In this document: positions 58,726 to 64,000 of the stretch, one piece after another
Numbering within the stretch: position 1 is the first letter of the stretch
Layout: every line of letters starts with the position of its first letter
Source: Bryobacterales bacterium
GTDB taxonomy: Bacteria; Acidobacteriota; Terriglobia; Bryobacterales; Bryobacteraceae
NCBI GenBank assembly: GCA_963747945.1
Contig: CAVVHB010000018.1
Coordinates: 224,868 to 288,867, forward strand
DNA: 64,000 nt
Direction: 5' to 3'
Position numbers and translations under genes: made by a program
Notes under the pieces: generated by a model
Seen by the model: the letters and a program-made list of their open reading frames with translations, nothing else
Databases searched by the model: none
What the model was told of the DNA's origin: nothing

Positions 58726-59467
58726 CGGGTTGTCCCGGCGATTTCTTTAGCGTGAGGATGCTCCACACGCACATTCATGAACGGTGCGGCGCGTATTTAG
58801 AGCCCGGCGAGAAAAGCTCACGTTCGTTCACACGAGTGTGAACGCTGCATGCACGAGTGCTCGCGCCACGTTCAGCGTTGCCAAAGGAATGCTCGGGAGC
58901 CCCCAAAACGTACTGTTGCGGCGGAGGTTTTGTACTGGGAGTCCCCGCCGGGCCGCCTCGTCCCCATTCGATCGAGCTCGCGCTGTCTCGCAGCCACGAA
59001 GAGCGCCAGACCCGGCGACGACCCCACCGGAGTAGCAGTTCCATGGACCAACGATAGCGGAAAGGACAGCAATAGAGGCGGGCTAAAACGGTCAGAGTCA
59101 GTCAGACGGAACCGGCCAAGGTCCAGCGGCTCGCCCTTAACCAGGACAATTGTTTCAATAGCCCCTCGCACCCAGCAGCTCGTGGATCGATCGTGACCTT
59201 GTGCGCCACTGGGGTTGGACCGACTTCGCCTTGCGTGGATGGGTAAGCATGTCAAAGCAATTTCCCCGCGTGTACCTTCCCGGTGGTCGTTGGCGTCGGC
59301 AGTGGCGTGCAAGTGCCCCAAAACGGGCAGCCTCCTGCCCTTCGGTGCGGACGTGCCGCAGTTTCGCTCTGAGGCGGCTATCGGCAACATTATCATTTAT
59401 TTAATATTTAGTCTGTCTAAATCGAAGCACTGCGCTGACGGCCCATCGAGTGCTATCGATACGCTCA

Positions 59468-61300
59468 ATGTCGTCCGCTCACTCGATTCTCCTGTGCGCC
59501 CTGTGGTGGAACTGTCACGTTAGCGTCCTGACGTATCACAACGACCTGGCGCGAACCGGACAAAACCTCAACGAGCGGCTGCTCACTCCGGCAAGCGTCC
59601 GTTCCCCTCAGTTTGGCCGACTCTTCAGTTATGCCGTGGACGGCCAGGTTTACGCTCAGCCGCTCTATATGCCCGGCGTGATTATTCCCGGTAAGGGGAT
59701 CCACAATGTCGTCTTTGTCGCCACCGAACACGACAGCGTTTACGCGTTCGATGCTGACAATAATCTCGGCGCGCCGCTCTGGCAAGTCAGCTTCCTCAAT
59801 CCGGCGCAAGGCGTGACGGCGGCATCGGCGGCCGGCTTGCAATGCGCCTCCATCACACCCGAAGTCGGGATCACGGGAACGCCCGTGATCGACCGCGCTG
59901 CCGGCACTTTGTACGTCGTCGCGATGACCGAAGAAGGATCCGACAACTACGTGCACCGGCTGCACGCGCTCGACGTCACAACGGGCGCTGAGAAGCCTAA
60001 CAGTCCGGTGGAGATCCAAGCTTCGGCGCCTGGAACAGGCGATGGCACTATCACCGTGCGGTTCGAGCCTTGGTTGTACAAAGAACGCGCCGGGTTGCTG
60101 CTGCTGAAGGGCGTGGTATACACGTCCTGGTCTTCTCATTGCGATTCGGGAAACTACCACGGCTGGATTATCGGATACGATACGAGGACGCTGCAGCAGG
60201 CCGCCTTTTATATCGACACGCCGAACTGGGAAGCGGGATCGTTCTGGCAGGGGGGAGCGGCGCCAGCGGCGGATTCGAGCGCCAACATCTATGTTGTATC
60301 GGCCAACGGAACGTTTGACGCCAACAGAGGCGGTTCAGATTGGGCCGAAAGTGTTCTCAAGCTCTCCACCGGCAACAGTCTCAGCGTGACGGACTATTTC
60401 ACGCCCTATAACGCCGACGTACTGAGCAATCAGGATCTAGATCTCGGATCGAGCGGCGCGCTTTTACTACCCGACGGGACCGGAAGCCCGGCTCACCCGC
60501 ACTTACTAGTAAGTGGAAGTAAGTCGGGCACGGTCTATTTGCTGGATCGCGATCACTTGGGCCATTTCCAGCCGGATAGCGACAGCCAGATTGTTCAATC
60601 GCTCGCCGGCGCGGTGGGACCAATATTCGGGCTCCCAACGTACTTCAACAACACAGTTTATTTTTCCGCGGCGCATGACCAAGTGAAGGCCTTTTCACTT
60701 CATGATGGCCTACTCTCCCCAATTCCGGTTTCAGCCAGTAGCGCGACCTTCGCCATGCCCGGGAGCGTGCCCAGCATCTCGGCCGATGTCGCTACAAACG
60801 GAATCCTCTGGACCATCGATCCCGCCGGTGAACTCGACGCCTACGACGCCGCCGATCTCAGCCGGCAGCTTTATCAGGGAGACGCCGGCCCGTACGTCAA
60901 ATTTTCGACGCCCACCATCGCGAATGGCAAGGTGTACGTGGGCACGGTCGACAGCCTGGTGGTGTTTGGGTTGCAAAGCCAGGCAATTGGCGGCGTCGCT
61001 GCTGTGGTGAACGCAAATGGGTTCCACTCGGGACCAGTGGCGCCCGGTTCGGTTGTGTCTTTGTTCGGCTCGAACCTGGCGCCGCGCTCTGCGGTGGCTT
61101 CCCTTTCGCCCTGGCCGAAAGTTCTGGAGCTAACCTCGGTTTTTATCAACGGTGTCGCCGCGCCGCTGGCCTATGTAAGTCCCACGCAGATCAATGCGCA
61201 GGTCCCTTCCGATACGAAACCGGGACAAGCTACGGTAACAGTAGTTGTTGGCGACCGTATATTGCCGCCGGTCGAGTTGACCATCAGCAACGGCGCATGA
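59468..61300 (+). CDS. PQQ-like beta-propeller protein with Solibacter-type (TIGR03437-like) C-terminal domain
   Basis: About 610 aa; the start is ATG 59468 or GTG 59450. The N-terminal motif is VLTYHNDLARTGQNLNE...VDGQVYAQPLY. The C-terminus is VVNANGFHSGPVAPGSVVSLFGSNL...PLAYVSPTQINAQVPS...GQATVTVVV. Confidence 0.8.
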   Translation: MSSAHSILLCALWWNCHVSVLTYHNDLARTGQNLNERLLTPASVRSPQFGRLFSYAVDGQVYAQPLYMPGVIIPGKGIHNVVFVATEHDSVYAFDADNNLGAPLWQVSFLNPAQGVTAASAAGLQCASITPEVGITGTPVIDRAAGTLYVVAMTEEGSDNYVHRLHALDVTTGAEKPNSPVEIQASAPGTGDGTITVRFEPWLYKERAGLLLLKGVVYTSWSSHCDSGNYHGWIIGYDTRTLQQAAFYIDTPNWEAGSFWQGGAAPAADSSANIYVVSANGTFDANRGGSDWAESVLKLSTGNSLSVTDYFTPYNADVLSNQDLDLGSSGALLLPDGTGSPAHPHLLVSGSKSGTVYLLDRDHLGHFQPDSDSQIVQSLAGAVGPIFGLPTYFNNTVYFSAAHDQVKAFSLHDGLLSPIPVSASSATFAMPGSVPSISADVATNGILWTIDPAGELDAYDAADLSRQLYQGDAGPYVKFSTPTIANGKVYVGTVDSLVVFGLQSQAIGGVAAVVNANGFHSGPVAPGSVVSLFGSNLAPRSAVASLSPWPKVLELTSVFINGVAAPLAYVSPTQINAQVPSDTKPGQATVTVVVGDRILPPVELTISNGA

Positions 61301-61562
61301 CCAGACCCGCAAAGTCCGAACATACACGCCGTTCACCGAGACGTAGACGTTAGCGTCGAGATTCGATACGGCTCCGGAACGTCCGGGCGCCACGAAAAGC
61401 TGTGGGAGTGCAAAATGAAACCAGTCGCGCTCTCCCTGGCACTCTGCGGATTTTGTTTTGGGCAAGACAGCCACCACGGCGCGGCAACAAAGCAGGTATC
61501 CGAGGTTGCCTGCAGCGTCAACGCCTCACACGTGCAGGGAAGCGTAAACGTGTCCTTCGATT

Positions 61563-61595
61563 TGGCTCCCCGGCATGGATTCGAACCACGACCTT
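61563..61595 (-). other. tRNA 3'-half-like fragment (T-arm plus acceptor plus CCA); possible integration/att-site scar
   Basis: The reverse complement reads aaggt-CGTGG-TTCGAAT-CCATG-CCGGGGA-G-CCA. That is a variable-loop end, T-stem, T-loop, T-stem, 7-nt acceptor strand, discriminator G and CCA. No matching 5' acceptor strand (TCCCCGG), D-arm or anticodon arm follows, and the flank at 61600-61700 is AT-rich. Confidence 0.5.
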
Positions 61596-61716
61596 GACAG
61601 GTTTTTGAAATACCGTAACTTGCTGATTCTAAGAAGTCGCTAAAGTCACAAAAAGCATCAAAAGCAACAAAATCGGTACAATTTGCATGCGCAGTTCATT
61701 TTATGGTCGGATGCCG

Positions 61717-62624
61717 CTAAACGGCTTCGATTATCGTTGGCGCATGGGAGTCCTTGGAGACAACCGGCTTTTTGAGTCCCATTTGCTGTGCGAGATAGGA
61801 GTCGAGCATCCTCGTAGGAAGAAGTCTGGGCAAAGTCCAGTTCTTGAAACGTTGCGGAACGACCGCGTAGCGTGCCTTCGGTTTCGGCGTGCTGAGTGCC
61901 ACGTGGACTGCTTCGCCCAGACGCTCAGGGGGCAGGCCATTAGTACGTGCTTCGGTGACGATCCATTTCTGGAATTCTGCACCGCGTCCCAATACTCGGT
62001 CGGCTTGAACTCACTCAGATCTTCTTTTTCGCCCTTGTCGTACATCGCCGTGTTCACGGTGCCCGGTTCAATGATCACGACGTCGATGCCAAATAACATC
62101 AGTTCTATCCGCAGAGCGTCCGCCATTCCTTCGAGACCACATTTGGACGAACTATAAGCACCGATAAGCGGGATGGGAACTTTTGCGCCGCTAGAGCTGA
62201 TGTTCACGATTCGGCCGGCCGGACCCTGCCTCTTCTTATCCGTTCCTAAAAGAGGAGCGAAGGCTTGGATTACGACCAGCGGGGAGATCATGTTGGTTTC
62301 CAACTGCCGCTTGTACTCGCTGGGCTTGAGATAAAGCAGTGGCCCACTCACCACAATTCCTGCATTGTTCACCAGGCCAACCAGATTCCTGTCGCCTATC
62401 ATGGAGCCGACCTTCTGGGCGGCTTGATGTACAGCGTCGGCGTCCGTAATGTCCATCATGAGAGGCACGAAGCCGTTACCGAATTCGCTTTGCAAACGAT
62501 CGGCGTCAGCCTGCTTGCGTACAGAGCCGAACACGCGAAATCCCTTTGAAATAAGAACCTTCGTGGTTCCCCAACCGATTCCGGTGGATACCCCGCTGAC
62601 CACGACATCTTTGCTGTTCGCCAT
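61717..62624 (-). pseudogene. short-chain dehydrogenase/reductase (SDR), one frameshift near 61985-61995 as assembled
   Basis: The N-terminus has VVSGVSTGIGWG (TGxxxGxG) and the catalytic YSSSK. After ...KPTEYWDAV the track ORF turns into Arg/Ser-rich nonsense. The natural C-terminus (GAEFQKWIVTEARTNGLPPERLGEAVHVAL...) continues in ORF 61717..61992. Confidence 0.8.
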
Positions 62625-62857
62625 CGCATTTCTCCCTAAGATGGATCACTGTTCATCTTCAATATCTTCTGCGGCTCTCAAAGACTAGACTGGCCGTCAC
62701 ACTACCGGCCCATGCCAATGCTGCTGGCCATCAACTGGTTCCGCTTAACGTTTCCTGAAGCACGAGAAGGGCCTATAACCCTTTTTAGAGGAATTCCAAT
62801 GCGGCTACCCGCTAAACGCCCATGCGGCGGCATGGCCCGTCATCGTTTGGGCCGCCC

Positions 62858-63010
62858 TCAGGCTTGCGGGGCCGGCGCCTGGTGGCCATAGCCTCCGCGC
62901 ATCTTCTTAGGTTCGTCCTGCCTGCAACTTTCACCGCTTGAGGTGCACGTTTTGCACTTGGCACAGGTGGATGACGCGCGCGAAGCGCCATTGTGACCAA
63001 ATGTAGTCAT
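62858..63010 (-). CDS. candidate 50-aa Cys-rich small protein translationally coupled to marR
   Basis: It is not in the ORF track (<60 aa). The ATG at 63008-63010 overlaps the MarR TGA at 63007-63009 (ATGA). The translation is MTTFGHNGASRASSTCAKCKTCTSSGESCRQDEPKKMRGGYGHQAPAPQA, with a CxxCxxCx6C cluster. Confidence 0.3.
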   Translation of the reverse strand: MTTFGHNGASRASSTCAKCKTCTSSGESCRQDEPKKMRGGYGHQAPAPQA

Positions 63011-63471
63011 AAAAAGCCGTAGCTTTGCTGTTCTAGGTTGTTTACCACGCGGCGCATCAGCGCAATAATCATCGCGCGTTCCTCTTTGTTTAAGCCGGAA
63101 GTCGCTTGCTCGGCAACTTCTTCCAGCCGTTTCTTCGCCGAAGGCACACGTTTCTTCGCCTTCGCCGAGAGCGAGATCAAGCGAGCGCGTTTGTCGCTAG
63201 GGTGCGGATCTTGTTGGATCAGTCCGTCACGCTCCATACGCACGAGAAGAGCTGCCATCGTAGGTTGCTCAACGTGTGCGAGCTCGGCCAGACGCTTCTG
63301 CAAGAGCGGCCCATTCTCCTCGATTGCCATGACGACAGGGAGGTAGGCCATCCCGAAATCGAGCGGCCGTAGCTGCTGCTCGAACTCCCGCACGAGCAAT
63401 CTGGACGCGTGGTTGATCCAGAAGGTCGGCTTGGATAATGGGTCCCAGTGAGGGGGCTTCTTGCATTGCAT
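63007..63471 (-). CDS. MarR-family transcriptional regulator
   Basis: 154 aa. The winged-helix region is YLPVVMAIEENGPLLQKRLAELAHVEQPTMAALLVRMERDGLIQQDPHPSDKRA. Confidence 0.85.
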   Translation of the reverse strand: MQCKKPPHWDPLSKPTFWINHASRLLVREFEQQLRPLDFGMAYLPVVMAIEENGPLLQKRLAELAHVEQPTMAALLVRMERDGLIQQDPHPSDKRARLISLSAKAKKRVPSAKKRLEEVAEQATSGLNKEERAMIIALMRRVVNNLEQQSYGFL

Positions 63472-63534
63472 AGTATGCTATGTATATTATATCCGATCCG
63501 AGTGCAACCACGAATCCGAAGGATGGAGATCATT

Positions 63535-64000
63535 ATGCTTGCGCCCACGAAGAGCACAGATTTCGATCGCGCGTATAGCGCCAAGTTCACTTTTTGGGGT
63601 GACATTCGTATTCCCGAGGAGGTGAAAGAATTGGTCGGGCGAGGTCATGCCCGGAGTGTTCTGGAGCTAGGATGTGGAATCGGGAGGATCTCGTGCTATC
63701 TGGCACAACGTGGGTTGCGCGTCACCGGAGTAGACTTCTCGCCCGTCGCAATCGCCAAGGCGCAGGAACGGGTCGCCCAAGACAACGAGAGGCCGCAATT
63801 CCTCGTGGGCGATGTCACTCGCCTCGACGCGCTGAGCGCCCCGTTTGACGTTTCGTTCGACGTTGGCTGCTTTCATTGTCTTGACCCTCAGGGCCAATGG
63901 GCTTACGTGTCGGAAGTCGCGCGACTTCTCAAGCCGGGAAGCACGCACCTGATTTGGGCGTTGGATTCGGCACCGAGTGATTTGCAGCTTTCACCCACAG
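63535..64000 (+). CDS. class I SAM-dependent methyltransferase, 3'-truncated by the window edge
   Basis: It is absent from the ORF track because no stop falls inside the window. The ATG at 63535 follows AAGGATGGAG. The translation is MLAPTKSTDFDRAYSAKFTFWGDIRIPEEVKELVGRGHARSVLELGCGIGR...RVTGVDFSPVAI...GDVTRL...LKPGSTHLIWAL. This gives motif I (LELGCGxG), a post-I acidic residue and motifs II/III. Confidence 0.75.
   Translation, partial: MLAPTKSTDFDRAYSAKFTFWGDIRIPEEVKELVGRGHARSVLELGCGIGRISCYLAQRGLRVTGVDFSPVAIAKAQERVAQDNERPQFLVGDVTRLDALSAPFDVSFDVGCFHCLDPQGQWAYVSEVARLLKPGSTHLIWALDSAPSDLQLSPT

Noticed and set aside
58726-59449. Several 60-175-aa ORFs on both strands in the 0.7-kb gap before the PQQ-like gene
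   Set aside because: The frames mutually overlap, with no RBS, signal or motif recognised and Arg/Ser/Pro-rich translations. The region is treated as non-coding, possibly decayed sequence.
61415-61597. 60-aa ORF with a signal-peptide-like start (MKPVALSLALCGFCFGQ)
   Set aside because: Its 3' end is simply the translation of the tRNA-like fragment (GFEPRP). At best it is the truncated 5' remnant of a disrupted gene, so it is not called as a CDS.
62812-63000. 62-aa ORF between marR and the SDR gene
   Set aside because: It is Arg/Pro/Ala-rich with no RBS or coupling signal. It overlaps, in another frame, the ATGA-coupled Cys-rich ORF, which is the better (still weak) candidate.

Overview
GC-rich bacterial chromosome segment, most likely from an Acidobacteria (Solibacter/Bryobacter-like) genome. 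The taxonomic hints are a duplicated-orphan MacB/FtsX permease, a Solibacter-type C-terminal domain and many secreted or outer-membrane proteins of unknown function. I found no rRNA, intact tRNA, CRISPR array, IS element or prophage.

Content from left to right:
1. 1.4-9.5 kb: an anaerobic-type nicotinate/N-heterocycle catabolic cluster. It has a FAD subunit, a fused 2Fe-2S/molybdopterin hydroxylase, a 6-hydroxynicotinate-reductase-like protein, UPF0280, DUF1185, MarR and an enamidase-like amidohydrolase.
2. 9.6-15.6 kb: an orphan ADOP permease and a small operon of a 2OG-oxygenase, an unknown gene and a solute-binding lipoprotein.
3. 16.0-20.8 kb: a quinohemoprotein amine dehydrogenase cluster in the unusual order qhpA-B-D-C. 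The radical-SAM/SPASM maturase and a crosslinked gamma-subunit precursor are present. A 16-bp-stem hairpin and a Kelch-like secreted protein follow.
4. 24-41 kb: a large signalling island. It holds two tandem receiver-TadZ/CpaE-like ATPases and a Wsp-like chemosensory operon (cheW-cheR(TPR)-cheW-mcp-cheA/Y-cheB). Two multi-domain hybrid histidine kinases, a degenerate GGDEF protein and a response regulator follow.
5. 41-46.2 kb: a four-gene operon that looks like an undescribed chaperone-usher-like surface-fibre or secretion module. This is my best candidate for a novel system, plausibly controlled by the adjacent chemosensory island.
6. 46.9-64 kb: mostly envelope proteins. These include DUF2490, outer-membrane barrels, an arylsulfatase, a HAD hydrolase, a DUF3300/DUF2950 pair, glycine-zipper paralogs flanking a BON-LysM gene, a Spy/CpxP-like protein and a PQQ-like propeller. 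A tRNA 3'-fragment scar, a frameshifted SDR, a MarR gene and a partial methyltransferase close the window.

The most striking technical or biological anomaly is at least 21 single-base frameshifts packed into about 6 kb (31.9-37.9 kb). They break cheA, cheB and both hybrid kinases, while the other ~58 kb is essentially intact.

All domain calls come from reading the translated ORFs and recognising motifs from memory. No database search was run.
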